Assembly: GCA_964016885.1 (NCBI GenBank)
Contig: OZ024740.1
Span: forward strand, 78,430,001-78,494,000
Reading direction: 5' to 3'
Length of the DNA stretch: 64,000 bases
Origin: Eledone cirrhosa
Lineage: Eukaryota
Both the position numbers and the translations under genes were made by a program. Below are positions 1 to 14,945 of this stretch, one piece after another; the first letter of the stretch is position 1; every line of letters begins with the position of its first letter. Below the pieces are notes generated by a model. The model was not told where the DNA came from. It saw only the letters and a list, made by a program, of their open reading frames with translations, and did not search any database.

Positions 1-518
1 GCTTAAACAATTAAGTTAAAGATGTACATCCATATATGTATACTGAAATACTAGTATGTATATGAATACACACACGTATAGATATGTAGATGTACCAAGT
101 TTTTTCACTGGTCACTTTACTGTGAGTGGCCAGCTATTCTGTATGTAAACACACAGACAAACCGGTTTTTAGAGTCATACTGGTTTTTGAGGAAACACCT
201 TTCCTCTATTCTCCAGAAAGCCAGACAAGGAATATTGAACTAGTTTCGTTGTTGTTACAACTCATCAGCAATATTTACCTATCTTCCGGCCTCATAAGAG
301 AATCGTAAAAGCACATATCGTTATATGCTTTTTCTATGAAAATTAGTAGTGGGCAGACTAATTTGCATAGAGTGTGAGTAAGTACCGGTTCAACGGAGAC
401 GATAAAAACAAATAACGAAACGAAATTAAATTTCGTTTCGTTTGTAACTCACTTTTGTATGACTGACGCTTAAACAGAGTTACAAACGAAACGAAATTTA
501 ATTTCGTTTCGTTATTTG

Positions 519-525
<7 letters not shown>
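1..525 (-). mobile_element. Non-autonomous HHR-bearing repeat, family A (about 465-bp unit), truncated by the window edge, with short inverted 3' end
   Basis: Near-identical to 36994-38200. Terminal hairpin AACGAAACGAAATT-AATTTCGTTTCGTT. Inverted copy of the end at about 477-523 abuts (TA)n. Confidence 0.8.
231..275 (-). ncRNA. Type I hammerhead ribozyme (family A)
   Basis: Reverse complement reads aatattg-CTGATGA-gttgt aaca acaac-GAA-AC ta GT-T-caatatt: intact core, stems I-III, GUU cleavage triplet. Confidence 0.8.
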
Positions 526-558
<33 letters not shown>

Positions 559-1377
559 CTACCGAGATCCTACTCACTCATGTTATTAGGGACTAGTGCT
601 TGTAATATTTTGCTTTCTCTATGTGCTCATAACATATAACTTTTTCTTAATTTCTTAAATATTTTTAATTCTTTTTAAATTTTTAATTTTATTATATTAT
701 TATATTATTTTATTATCTTATTATCTTTTATTATCTTAGTATTTTTTTATTTATTTTATTTTATTTTATTTTATTTTATTTTTTATTTTATTACTTTTCA
801 TTATATTTTATTAATTGTTTTTACTTTACTTTATTTTAATTTATTTTATTTTATTTTATTATCTTTATTATTTTTATATTTTTTATTTCTTTATAATAAT
901 TTATATTATGTTTTAACCTTTGCCTGCATTTTTTTATGTATTTTTTATGTATTTTTTATGTACTTTTTTATGCTTTTGCACTTTTTGCTTTTACATTCTG
1001 TATTTTTTGTGTGCCATCTACTATATCTTCATCTTGTTGAATCCGCTTGTGCCTTAACACTTAGCAGAGATGCTTAACAACCCCAGCATGCACCTCTTTG
1101 TTAGCCATCCCCAATCTCCCTATCTTAATTTCGATTGTTCGTGTGACTAGGTTTTTGTGAAGCTTATACTCAATACTGTATTTATTAGGCTCTGAGGATA
1201 TCTGCCAAAAGGTGAGGATGAAACATTGTAAGTGAATAAAGACTGTTTGAGTATGTAAGCGCTCTTTGGTTTCTTTTGCATATAACGGCTCTGTTCTTAT
1301 ACATTGAGCTATCACAATACTGCCATAATACAGTACGGTGCGTGTGTGGTTTATGCACATACGCTCTGTGCTTTACG

Positions 1378-1438
<61 letters not shown>

Positions 1439-1811
1439 CAAAACATGATTAGGATTAAATAATATATACTCAAATCTACATGCATAAAAACGTTCAACCA
1501 CAGAGATTTGCCAAATAAATTAATGAAATCACAACTATCTGGATCTTTACTACAAATGCGACCATTTTTCAGGGCGAACTTAAAGAAAGTGAGAATATAA
1601 GTACAAAGGCCCCACTAGATCATGCTCTCCGGACAACTATCGGTCAAACTAAAAGACTAATAATGGGTTTTAGAATTGTATTCCTCTAAACAAAGCTAAA
1701 TTTCCCCCCGAGTAGGTTATATCAGACAGTCAGTGCAAACGGGTTAAATTTCTACAGTTTGAATGTAAAATTACACTCTCTTTACTTTAAAAAAATTACT
1801 ATTTCAATGCG

Positions 1812-2020
1812 TCGATCGAATTTTGTCAAATCGGACCGAGAAAACAATGTTTCGGTTGGTCTTTCCAATTGCTAATATAATCTATCGGTCGCAACTCCAA
1901 GTAGAAGGAGCAACGTGAAATAAAGTGTCTTGCTCAAGGACATAACGCATCGCTCGCTCCTGGAATCGAAATGACAACCTCACGATTGCGAATCCAGTTC
2001 TCTAACCAATCAGCCACCCA
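1812..2020 (-). mobile_element. tRNA-derived SINE, family b
   Basis: Reverse complement matches 20236-20448 (A box TGGCTGAxTGG, B-box-like motif, GTCCTTGAGCAAGACACTT central motif). Confidence 0.75.
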
Positions 2021-2208
2021 AATTTACTTAGGTCTCAAAGCAAATAGATAAAAATTAAAATTAAATTGAATTAAATTCTAAGCCATATGCTTTCCAAAGC
2101 AAAACTGAATCTAACCCCTTCAAACGTTTTTTTTTTAAAATCTCTCTTAAATACGCTAAGCTTCTACTACCTTAATGTAAATAAGTTAATTTCAAAGTCA
2201 TATGCTTC

Positions 2209-2420
2209 TCATCTGCAAACCCCAAATTTTCTCAGAATCTCCCTATTAGCGCCAAGGCACCTACGGAAAAGCTGTACCTTGTATCCTTGTTCTACCATAT
2301 GTTTTAAAAGATTATTCACTACCTCCGTAAAAACATTCATCGGGCTACCATGACGTATAACTTGATTAGAAAACATGTTGTATCCTAAAAATATTGGCGC
2401 ACAGCAAAGGTCATCCAAGC
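2209..2420 (-). pseudogene. Possible degenerate Penelope-like RT thumb fragment
   Basis: Translation YNMFSNQVIRH...LLKHMVEQGYKVQLF resembles the PLE RT C-terminal (SQxxRY...GY) pattern; weak. Confidence 0.3.
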
Positions 2421-2533
2421 CACCTTAAAATTAAAGTCCTTAGTCTGATTGTAGACCTTTGTAACTATCGTCTCACCGCCTCTTAATCTTAATTATGTTT
2501 TGCATTCGTGTGTATATGTATTTATTTTATGTG

Positions 2534-2715
2534 AATAATTGTTTCTACTTTTTGCACAAGGCCAGCAATTATGCCGGTGAATTACTGGTACATTATTTTA
2601 TCGACGCCGCAAGGATGAAGGGCAAAGCTAACCTCGGCGGGATTTGAACTCAGATCGTAAAGGGCCTATGCTGCAAAGCATGGCATCCGACCCTCCACCG
2701 ATACTGCCAATCCAC
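2534..2715 (-). mobile_element. tRNA-derived SINE, family a
   Basis: Reverse complement: GGATTGGCAGTATCGG A box, GAGTTCAAATCCC B box, conserved central block, (ATT)n tail. Confidence 0.8.
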
Positions 2716-3315
2716 GACACTGAGGTTGATACCTTTTGCGTCGCTTTTTGTTATCATATTTTCTGATATCATATTTATATTTTTCATCGTGGATTCATTT
2801 CGTTTATTTCTTAAATAGATTGGGTATTTTCTTGATTATTATTTGGATTTTTAGGTTGTGGTGTAGGAACTAGACTTTTTAGGCTCTTCATTTTGTATTC
2901 GTTTCATTTATTTCTTTAATAGCTTAGGTACTTTCTTGATTGTCAATTTGGTTTTTATGTTTTGTTGTGAGAACTAGACTTCCTGATGCGCGGTATCACG
3001 TCATCTTAGTGTATAGTTTGAAGGTCTAAAATCACGAGTATACGGGAGAGGGTGGAGCGCGGCCTATTAGGTAATGAGATCGTAGTTTCTGCAGTATTAA
3101 TAGCTTTGGCTTTATTATATAGACACTCCGTAATATGACAGTTACAGCTTGATAACGCCCGTTGTCCTCATTAGGTGGCTATTAAGAACTGGTTGCGTAA
3201 GCTGAATTTGGGAGAATATGTGGCCCACGTACGATTTGACGAATTTGGAGGGTGGGTACGCGTTCAGTTTAGACTGATTGGAGAAATAACGGCCTTATTA
3301 ACGTGTATGTATATA

Positions 3316-3371
<56 letters not shown>

Positions 3372-3604
3372 AATCAAGTTGGAGGTTGTGAGTGCTCTGC
3401 GTCGTGGATAATTTTAACGTGCGGCTTTTTTTGACTCAACAAGATGCTTCCATAGTTATGCAGCGAGTTCGCGGTAATTTTTATGCAGGTGATACTTGGA
3501 GTAATAATAGTTAAAGAATGAAGATTAACATGGTTAACGAAACAATTGTCAGTACGTTAAATAAAGCCCTTATTGTACAGCCAACCACGTTAATCTTCAT
3601 TCTT

Positions 3605-3707
<103 letters not shown>

Positions 3708-4159
3708 TATATATATTGTTATACTTGGGGAGGGTAATATTGTTGTAATAATATTGCCAGAAATAATAACAGAACACACTGTTTGGTTGGTTTTCGCTTC
3801 TGCATCTTGAGGCTAACTAAGCCTTCTACGGGTTTCCTTCCAAGTAGTTGGATTTCTGGTCTGCTTTGTCTCTTAGTATATCGGTCTACTATTTGTCTAA
3901 TTTTATTTCTAGCTATGGAGAACTGTGCCTCTGTTTCGTCATCTATTTGTTGTGGTATACAAACCCTTTTATTAAAAGGTAACTTAGTGGGATACATTTT
4001 ACTCATCTTATGTTTTGTTACTCTGGAATTTCGCCTGCTTTTCACAGAACTTGTTTGATTACCTCTTGAGAAGCAGAGTAACAAGACTCGGCCTTAATAA
4101 AATGAATAATTAAATTCTACTTCAGTATTTAGTACTCTTTTCTCTCGACCGTCAACTAC

Positions 4160-4215
<56 letters not shown>

Positions 4216-4557
4216 GTGTGTGTGTGTAGGACTATATTTTCCAATGCGTTCTTTGTTTTATAAGGTGTGATTTGTTTGAGATTTGACTGCTATTTTTAGC
4301 AGGTTGAGCAACCAGATACAAGCCACATCGTTGTCTGGAAATTATGCTTGAAAATGTTCTAGGTGATAAAAAGAACTCTTGTGACACAACTGACTTCCTA
4401 CAAAAAGTAAAAAGAAAACAGATACTGTTGATTATAGAAGTCAATGGCTATGCTTCATTTATAATATGGTAATGTCATATAGAGCTCCCATTTCATAGTA
4501 ACACACTTATACACACAAACACACAGACTCTCTCTTTCTCTCTCTCTCATACACACA

Positions 4558-4624
<67 letters not shown>

Positions 4625-4804
4625 GAGGGGATGAGGGAGAGATAAGGAGAGGGAGAAGGAGAGAAAGAGAAGGGAGAAGGGAGAGAGAGAGGTGTTGCAA
4701 ACGTTTAGAGCCCAACTTACTTAATGACATTACAGCAGGAAAAGGATACTTATATTTTATTTTGATTTTGATACCATAGTCAGGCTCAAAACTTTTGGTG
4801 CCTG

Positions 4805-4840
<36 letters not shown>

Positions 4841-5003
4841 GACACACAGAGATATAGACACATATACACATACACATACATACATACATACATACATATA
4901 TACATATATAAGTGAGTTTTACCGTTACTGTATAGAAAACAATATCTACAGGTTTAGCAATTAAATAGAAAAAAACTATATATATATATATATATATACA
5001 TAT

Positions 5004-5202
<199 letters not shown>

Positions 5203-5294
5203 CACACACACAGGCACACAGGCACATACATATACATACATACAAACATATATAATACACACACACACACACACACACACATATATTTAATGTA

Positions 5295-5356
5295 GAAATG
5301 ACTTCTACAGAACTAGAACTGTGTTTCATTCGGATGAAATCATCAGTAAAGTCATT
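5295..5356 (-). ncRNA. Degenerate hammerhead motif (family B)
   Basis: CTGATGA-tttc atcc gaat-GAAACAC...CTGTA; homologous to the intact copy at 54743-54793, stems I and III imperfect. Confidence 0.45.
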
Positions 5357-5476
5357 GCTAAGTCAAATAAAGACACCTATACTCTACAAACGTATTGCAT
5401 ATCTTTTTAAACTGTAGTCACCCCCCACCCCCCCGACACCCATCAGGAATCCACAATCCACCCTCAATTATATATA

Positions 5477-6184
5477 CCGAATATGCTGGCGTACTAGTCG
5501 ACACTTGGAGCCTAAAAATATCTTTCGAAACCAGGGGTCAACTTGTCCGCCGAATATAAAATGTAAACCTCTACCACTGAGAGGTAAACAGTGAAATTGC
5601 CTGCCTGCAACTCGATGTACACCCCTTACCATAACTTTAGCAACCCACCACAACTATTTCCTACTGAATCTCATATTTGTTAATTCTATTTAACATAGAA
5701 TTTATAATAATATCAATGGCTGTAGTTCATAGAGTAGGTTACCATAGGTTCGTTATGGTTAGGTTAGGCTGGTTTACTCAGTGAGTTAGAACTCACTTGC
5801 GATTGAAATGTTTTAAAAGAAGTGTTTATGTCAGAAGAAGAAATTTTTAGGTTTTTAAAATTACCACCTATGAATTACCGGTGTGGTAACATGTTGTTTA
5901 CCCATAAAACAGTTCAGTTGAATGATTTTGTTATCTTTAAAATAAATTTTACAAATTGTATTTTCTTCACATGTATTTTTATTTTACAACTATTTAGTAT
6001 TTATTTCCATGTTTTATATTTTGTGCAAATAAAGAATGGCAAGCGTATCTAGGGCTGGGGAGATGGTACTGCCTTATTTTTTAGGGTCGTGTTATCCGGC
6101 GAATAATAGGCCTAAATCTGAATTGTACCTCAATTTTAGGGGTCGACCTATACGCCGGATCGACTTGTATGCCAGCATATACGG
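5477..6184. mobile_element. Non-autonomous DNA transposon (Tc1/mariner-pogo-type MITE)
   Basis: About 25-bp TIRs CCGAATATGCTGGCGTACTAGTCGA / TCGACTTGTATGCCAGCATATACGG, flanked by TA. Confidence 0.7.
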
Positions 6185-6619
6185 TATATATATATATATA
6201 TATATATATATACTTGGTATATTTTGTGTTAGTTTAACAGCCGACGCTTATGTGCGCTGGATAGAGCACTTGGCGATATATATATATGTAGCTCCATGTA
6301 TTCCGGAGTATTGGTATAACAATGAAGAAGTCAGTAGGTTAGAATTTGACTCATTTATTTGTTACACAGTTGCTGTTCGGTGGTAACTGTTATGTAACAG
6401 TTACGACCTCATCAGATAGCTATTACGTGAATAGAAAGTTAGATGAATAAAAATTACATGAATAAAATGACATGAACAAAAATAAAAATAAAAATTACTC
6501 ATGTTTGTTTCCATTCAATGATATGCCTTGGACGAGCTATTGAAGTTCTACCAAAGCCCTGCTGAAATATAAATTAGTACAAACAACCTTAGCATCATCA
6601 CAAAGGGCGTAAACAGCTA

Positions 6620-6772
6620 GCCATTGGTTGGAGATACTTTCACCTTTATATCCTCCTAACCTTCTTGAACACCTCAGTGGTGCCCAGGGCTGAGATCGTC
6701 CGCTCATTCTGGTATTACGTCATTTGCAAATTGTTTACGGGGTCACATGACGGCCAACCTTTGATTGCGGCG
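6620..6772 (+). promoter_or_regulatory. Candidate proximal promoter
   Basis: Reverse CCAAT (ATTGG), CRE-like TTACGTCA and E-box GTCACATGAC clustered just upstream of a Kozak-context ATG. Confidence 0.3.
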
Positions 6773-7010
6773 ATGGAGGAAGGTGGAGTTAACTGTCCCC
6801 ACAACAACAACACCACCAACAACAACAATAGTCAAAGCGGCAACACCAACATCGGAGCGGAGTTGGCTGCCGCAGGTGCGAGCCCTGCGAGGTGGGGTGA
6901 CTGTTCCAGCGCGTCTCCCTCGCTGTCCTCCGGGGCAATGTATTCTCCATCTTGTCAGCCAGGACCAAGGGGTGGGGGTTCGGACAGTTGTAGGTGGAGG
7001 ATACTCGTTC
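6773..7010 (+). CDS. Candidate first coding exon of an unidentified host gene (MEEGGVNCPHNNNTTNNNN...RWRILV)
   Basis: GC-rich unique island, GCGGCGATGG start context, Asn-rich N-terminus, possible donor GTACGT at 7011 (phase 1). No recognisable domain. Confidence 0.45.
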
Positions 7011-7679
7011 GTACGTCACACATTTCCTCTTCTCACCCCACTTTCATTCACTCTATGTACTATGTACACATTTCTTCATATGATAGCAGCCATTTAATTA
7101 CAACATATTCCACTTCCCCTATCCTTAACTTTGTTTATATTTTAGGTATTAATAAACTCGGACATCTCAGTAAAATAGGAGAAAGTGGGGATCGGTATCA
7201 AAGGCTGTAGCAGCAGTAGTAGTAGTGATGATAGAACCAACCTAGCTACTATGTAATATTTTATAGGGGAACAAGCATAAATGAGAAACCAGGTTGAAAA
7301 TAAAAGTTGAAGATATAATACACAAAGAATACATAAAAAAAATATTGGGTCGTCAAGTATGAAATTTGTAGAAATTTGTAGAAAAAAAAGGTGAGAGATG
7401 AGAAAAGTAGCAAGACACGATTATGCCAACGCCGAATATATATCACAAAATTGATGGTCGTGCAGAGATATTAAATAAATGTTAAAATGAAAATGTATCC
7501 CAGTACAAACTCCTAAAATCGGGGAGAAAAAAAGGGATTCCAAGTATTAATGTAGCTAATAAAATGTGGGTTAATAAGAAAGAAGAAATTTAGTGTTCCT
7601 AGTTAATCGGTCGATGAGTGTTGCCTGTCATAGATCTCAACCGCAATTCAAAAGTATGTGCTTGCTTCATAAAGGGGAG

Positions 7680-8525
7680 AATTAATAGAGTTTTAGCTAA
7701 CTTGCCCTCATAATAGGCCTAATCGTACTTCATACTTCAGGACAGGTGGTTGGTCAAATCAATGCACCAGTGGAACACTTCCAGTAAGCCAGAGTGCGCG
7801 TGTGTCTATTCTAGCATCAATCTGCGTCTACTGGTAAATGCTTATAACAGCGAAAAACAGTGTATTAGTACTATTAGAAGCCTAAACTGGCCTCATATGG
7901 TAAGTAGAGACAAATACAACGTAAACCTCTTCATGAGGAGATAGGTTCTAACTAGGATCACAAGAGGTAGGTTACTTCCATATCGTTTGAGGAAAATACT
8001 TGTCCTCAGGTGCAGACAAATACCAGAGAAGTCTGCCCTTCTGTTAATTAGTTGCGGTCCTCCTCTGAGTATCCCAAAAGTTTCGGTCAGACAGAGACTG
8101 CAAATACAGGAGCCACCTCCATCCGAGGGCACCTTACGATCTGCGGATAGTTACCTTACACTGGTAAGACATAATCCAATCGGTTGAGACACATGCTGAA
8201 TAATGCCAAGGTTGACCAGACTTTCTACGGTGATGTAACGCTGACCTCGAGATGCCTGGGCGAACCCTGAAAGCATTGGGGACCCTCTGCAAGATCCTGA
8301 GGCCGGTCGCTCCGGCTTCTCCCTTGGACATCCCACCGGCGATACAGTGGGTCCGACTAAATTATGACTAATGTCCGTTCGGGAATGAATGCCTGTATTT
8401 GTAGTCTCTGTCTGAGTGAAACCTTTAAGATACTCAGAGGGGCATCGCTTTTCATTAGGTTTATGGTAGGGGTAGTACAATTTCGTATTGAGGTTTAAGG
8501 TGGTGACCAAAAAGTTAACTATTTT
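7680..8525 (-). pseudogene. Degenerate Penelope-like element fragment
   Basis: VTTLNLNTKLYYPYHKPNEK is nearly identical to the RT end of the element at 21560-23227; frameshifted downstream. Confidence 0.7.
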
Positions 8526-8837
8526 CCTATTAGGGTCTCTTTATTCTCTCTAGCATAGTAGTTATATGCTCAGTGAGTGTGAAGAGGGCATTATCGTGGT
8601 ACAAACAGGTCATTCACACCATCCAGATGTGGTGATTGCTACCACCCAGTAATTCTCCTTTCTGTGTATCACTTCCTTTGTGTTTTTTATTCGCCTTGTA
8701 AAATACTCCAAGGACAATGGTTGACTACCCTGTAAGACACGGTTATCCTGGGTGGACCAGCAGCACCGTCGATAGGAGTCGAAACTGAGTACATCCAGTT
8801 CAACGGCTGAGGACAGCAGAGTTTTTGTACCAATTAA

Positions 8838-9133
<296 letters not shown>

Positions 9134-9409
9134 CGAGAAAAAGAGAGGGAGAGAGAGAGGGCGGGGAAGGAAATTCAAAGGTGAAGTTCGAAATTGAACC
9201 CTATAGTGATTTGTCAGTACACTAATTTAAAGTGATCTAAAGTTATCACCCGTTATTGCTCTTTCAGCGGGAGGCCTATGAGTCAGATGTGACGCTAACC
9301 CCTGCAAAAGACTGAACAGTTCACTGATGTGAAATGTCTAAGCACTTTTAAGGATCGTTAATAAAAAGAGACCAAAGGTATGTATTTAGGGTGTGCTGGT
9401 AAATGTTTC

Positions 9410-10215
<806 letters not shown>

Positions 10216-11296
10216 AGTGTATTTGTATGTGTAGTATTTTACGCTATTTCTATCTATTTCGCATTTTCTGCACTGTTTATAAATATTGCATGCTGTCATT
10301 TTAACATATGGGATTTATTTTATAAAGTGATGTTCAAGCCCATATCATTGATAATATTCAGTACACTTTATTTCAACACCTACAAATGGCGAAGCCTCTA
10401 CGAAGTTGCTCAATCTAACTAGAAATGGCAACCAAATCTCACTCAAAGAAAACCATTTTAAATGGAAGATTGTATTTGATGATGTGGCAGAGTCCATCTT
10501 TCCAGATCTGCACACAGTAGATTTCTTCCAGAGAAGGGTAGAAAGTGTGTGGGTGTGTGTGTGTGTGTGTGTGAGACAGAGAGAGAGAGAGAGAATCGAC
10601 ACCAATACAAAACTGGTACCTTTTTTATTGACCTCGAATGGATGGAAAGCGAAGTTGACCTCGGTAGGATTTAAACAGAAATCCATAACAAATGCCACAA
10701 AGCATTCTAACCGACTTTTTAATGCCTCGCTCAATTCGCAGCTTTAAAAATCCCCCCCCCCCCCCCCCCTCATGCCTAATATAGTCTTAGAGTGCATCTA
10801 GGACCAAGTGTCTGGGAAATAGTGGAAAATAGTATTGGGGATGTGTGGAAATAAACAGATGGATGTTAAACTTCTTTCGGGAGATCGCGTGTTCTGGAAA
10901 TGTTTTTATTCCCTATATAGGAAACCTGACAGGTAATTTGTTAACTACCATTTTGTGTTGTTTCTTAACCCCTTTCTTAACAACTTTCTAATTATATACA
11001 CTGTCTATAATTTTTCAATTAATTTTAAAAAAAATACGAATAATTTGGGGCATTTATAACTAACTTTCTCATTATTAAGTTGGTGTTTCGAAGTTACTTA
11101 TATAAAATTATGATAGAATCGTTTTTAGATAAATATAACACGCTAAGACAAACAGCTTTTATCATAGAACCAGAAAAGGCTTCAGGCAGTTTGGTATCGA
11201 AAGAGCTAAAATGGTATTGGGAGTATTTATTTTTGTATAAGTGGATGGTGGATAATAAAGTAGAATGGTTTTCTATTATCTTTGGTTATTATATGC

Positions 11297-11522
11297 AGTG
11301 GATTGGCAGTATCGGTAGAGCGCCGGACTACCATGCGTTGCAGCATGTAGTTATGGCTCTTTACGTTCTGAGTTCTAATCCCGCCGAGGTTAGCTTTGCC
11401 ATTCATCCTTATGGGCTCGATAAAATAAAGTACCAGTAATGCACCGGCGTCGATTTAGTCGACTTTCCCTTTTACCCCAAAATTGTTGACCTTGTGCCCA
11501 GATCAGGAACCATTATGGTTAT
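11297..11522 (+). mobile_element. tRNA-derived SINE, family a
   Basis: A/B boxes plus GCCATTCATCCTTATGGGCTCGATAAAATAAAGTACCAG central block. Confidence 0.8.
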
Positions 11523-12619
11523 TAGGATTGTACACGTGTTTTGTTTTTCTAACCACGGTGCGTTAGATTTGTGAGCCCCGTGGTGATTGGGTGTAGTCGA
11601 CTTGACTGTGTTGCTATTAGAGGTGATTGGGTTAACGATGTCAAGTATTAGAATATCTAGGATTTTCGAGGGTGTGCATAGGAAGGTGATGGATAGACAT
11701 ACAAGCACTAACACAGAAATACGACACAAACACATACACTCACATTCATACACTTGCACATATATACATACACCCAAACACACTCAAATAAACACAAACA
11801 CACACTCAGAAACACATACATCACACACACTTAGGCTTTTCTTTGACTTTAGATTTGATATAATTTGTACTCAGCTCCAGCTTATGGGAATATAACAGTG
11901 TTTGTAGAAGTAGTTGTAATATTGGTATGTACAGTGATTCCTCGTAGCATTATATGTCTTAGCTATATGTTTATGACATTGTCTGGCCCGAGGTTTTGAG
12001 TTTTAGGTTTCCCTATTGGTTTTGGGATGTCTGATGAAAGGTAGAGCTCAAAATAGTGGCGTAAGTGGAAAGTGTGGAGATTTTGTTTTTATGTTCCTGT
12101 CTATTTTTGTGGCTTTTCGTGGGTGATTTTTAAAACAAATATACTGTAATACTCTCAAGGTCTCGAATAATCGCCCCTCCCCACACACTTATTAATCATT
12201 CAGATTTTTTCCAACCCATCCCCCCGCAGTTATTCCTACCCGACCGCTTATTAAATTTTGCTAATCTATCTCCGACTAAATTTTATTTTAGGTTGTAGCA
12301 TTCCTGCGACAATTAATTTTCTTTAGACATTAAAAAACATTATACATGACAAAAAAAGTATATTTATTACTAGAAATCCCATACGTTATAAAATAAATAG
12401 GATGGGTTGGGGTCTCAATATATAAACTAAACGACTAATTCTGGTTTTTTAAAAATCAACGGAGACAACCTAGAAAAATTACCAATTTTCCACACCCACA
12501 CTCGCTTATCGATAAAATAGCGTTCTAGTCAAGTACTAAGGTCGATATAATCAAGCTCCACAAAAAAAAAAAATGCTGGTCTTGTACCTAAATTAGAAAT
12601 CGTTATCGAATACACATAG

Positions 12620-12920
12620 ATGGCGATTGGCAGAGTCGTTAGAACGGATAGAATGCTTTGCGGTATTCGTTCGGGCTCTCTGCTCTCTGAGTTCAAATCC
12701 CGTCGATGTCGATAAAAAAGTACCCGTGTAGTACTGGAGTCAATTCTTCTTCTATATCTCTTTCTCACTTCCTCTCTCTCATTTTCTATCCTTCTCTGGA
12801 AGAAATCTGCTATGTTCAGACCTGGAGAGGAGATAGGCTCTGCCTGGCTTAAAATGCCCTAGAAACGCCGTATGCCACTACGGCGCCCTCTTGACTCCAC
12901 CAGGAGTTATGTCATCATAC
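12620..12920 (+). mobile_element. SINE family a variant with alternative 3' half
   Basis: tRNA-like head followed by a 3' region shared with 23505-23830. Confidence 0.65.
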
Positions 12921-14272
12921 CATACCATTGACTACAGAGAGGACGGCAGGTTGGCCGAATCGGTAGAGCGTCTGTTAGAATGCCATCTGAGTTCCAATTT
13001 CGCTGAGGTCAAATTACCTTTCTTTTTCCCTGAATCAATAAATAAAGTTCTAGTTATGGACCGAAGCAGATTTAATCAATATCACTTCCCCAGATTCGAG
13101 GCATCATGCTTATCCTATATATTTGTGTTTATATTTTCATTCTAAAAGAATGTCCGGGTAAATGCTTTTGCCGTCTTGTCAGCGGGACGTAGCACCTCTG
13201 CCCTCTTGCCCTAGGCCCAAAGCCCAATCACCCTCCCCTCTCTTCTCCAACACCAGAGCTCTTGCCATCCCCCTCCCTTTTGTTCTTTCTCTCTTTTTTT
13301 CTCTGTATTTCCCTATTCTTTCTTTTCTTTTGTTTCCCCTTTTTTTAAATTTATTCTTACTAAATAAGGCTTGTTTTTTGCTTTTGAATAAATTAATTTG
13401 TAATGTTATTTATACAACTGTGAATAAAATATTCAACTTTTGAAAAATGTTTCGAAAAATACTCGTAAAATGTTCATCGAAAACTGAAAGTTTTTATCTT
13501 TCTTTGCAATTTGAGAAGCTTCGTCCTTGGATTTCTTCGTTATTTAAGATTTTTTTTTTTTTCAGGATTCCAGATTTAGAATAAATAGGATCGCCTTAAT
13601 AGAATTATAGGCACCTGGGTAAACCAATGCACTGGGAGCCATGCATACGCAATCACAGCATGCATTGGGGCTCCAAGACTACATACATGGGGGTCTCAAA
13701 GGCAACTGCCTAGTATACCCAGGCCTTAATATATCCAGGGCTGCAGTGTTCAATGTGACCTTTCTTTTTAATGTCTGTAGTGTGTGATTTGAAAGAGATC
13801 TGGCTGTTATCTCTAGTAGATCGAGCGACCACGTAGATATTCGCTAGTTACCTTCTTCCGTGGGGTCGATAGCATGAGCAACAACGAAAGTACTTAAGGG
13901 CGGGGTTGATTTAAATTTAACACAAACTCTCCACCCTTCTCACTTCTACAAACGTGTCGCTCTCTGCCAAAAGTAGATATGATTGTTCTTGTATTCTCAT
14001 TTTTGTATTTTTTTTATCTCATAAAATGGACTATCCGTTTTCGTCGGTCACGTTATAGTTGTTATGGTGATGCGGTGGGTGATATTGGAGGTGGTGGTGG
14101 TGGTGATGGCGGGTAGGTGGAAGTGGGGTTGTTGATGTTACATGCCAGCGTTGAAGGCCTAATTTTTTTCCTTCATACCATTGAGTGTATTAAGGGCACT
14201 GCGTTCATCTTAAAAGATTCAGGCATTCTGACAACACCAGCAGTAACAACAATAAAAAATAAATACCACAAA

Positions 14273-14276
14273 ACTA

Positions 14277-14313
<37 letters not shown>

Positions 14314-14326
14314 AAGTACCACCACA

Positions 14327-14397
<71 letters not shown>

Positions 14398-14422
14398 CAC
14401 TGCTGCTGTAATTGTTAATGCT

Positions 14423-14459
<37 letters not shown>

Positions 14460-14945
14460 CGGTAGTGGTAGTAGTGGTGGTGGTGGTGATAGTAGTAGTA
14501 GTAGTAGTAGTAGTAGTATGGCAGCAATGTTGTTGGTGTTATTGGTGCTGTTGATTGTAGTGCTGGTGTTGGTGTTGTTGGTACTATTGCTGTTGTTGTT
14601 GCTGTTATTGATGTTGTTATAGTTGATGTTTTGTTGTGACAGTTGGTGCTGTTGTAGTTGGTGGTGGTGGTGGTACTGCTAGTGTTGGTAGTGTTCGTGT
14701 TGTTGATGGTGTTGTTGGTGGTATTGACGTTGGTGTTGGTGTTGATGGTGTTGATGTTGATGTTATTAGTGTCGCTGGCATTGTTGATGGTGTTGTTGGT
14801 AGTGTTAGTGTTGGTGTTGATGCTGGTGTTGATGTTAGTGGTGTTTATGGTATTGGTGATGTTGGTGTTGTTGTTAGTGTTGTTGGTGTTGTGTTAGTGT
14901 TGTTGTTGGTGGTGGAGGTGATGGAGGTGGTGCTGGTGTTGGTTG
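14273..14945. repeat. Trinucleotide repeat complex (CTA)n-(CTG)n-(GTA)n followed by degenerate (GTT/GGT)n
   Basis: Directly visible; explains the poly-T/A/V ORFs. Confidence 0.9.

Noticed and set aside
126-308. Recurrent short ORFs in families A, C, D and F
   Set aside because: They recur only because the repeat recurs, often occur antisense to the ribozyme strand, use non-ATG starts in several cases and show no domain.
6360-6425. CTGATGA plus long hairpin on the minus strand
   Set aside because: GAAC replaces GAAA and stems I and III cannot be formed; at most a decayed HHR.
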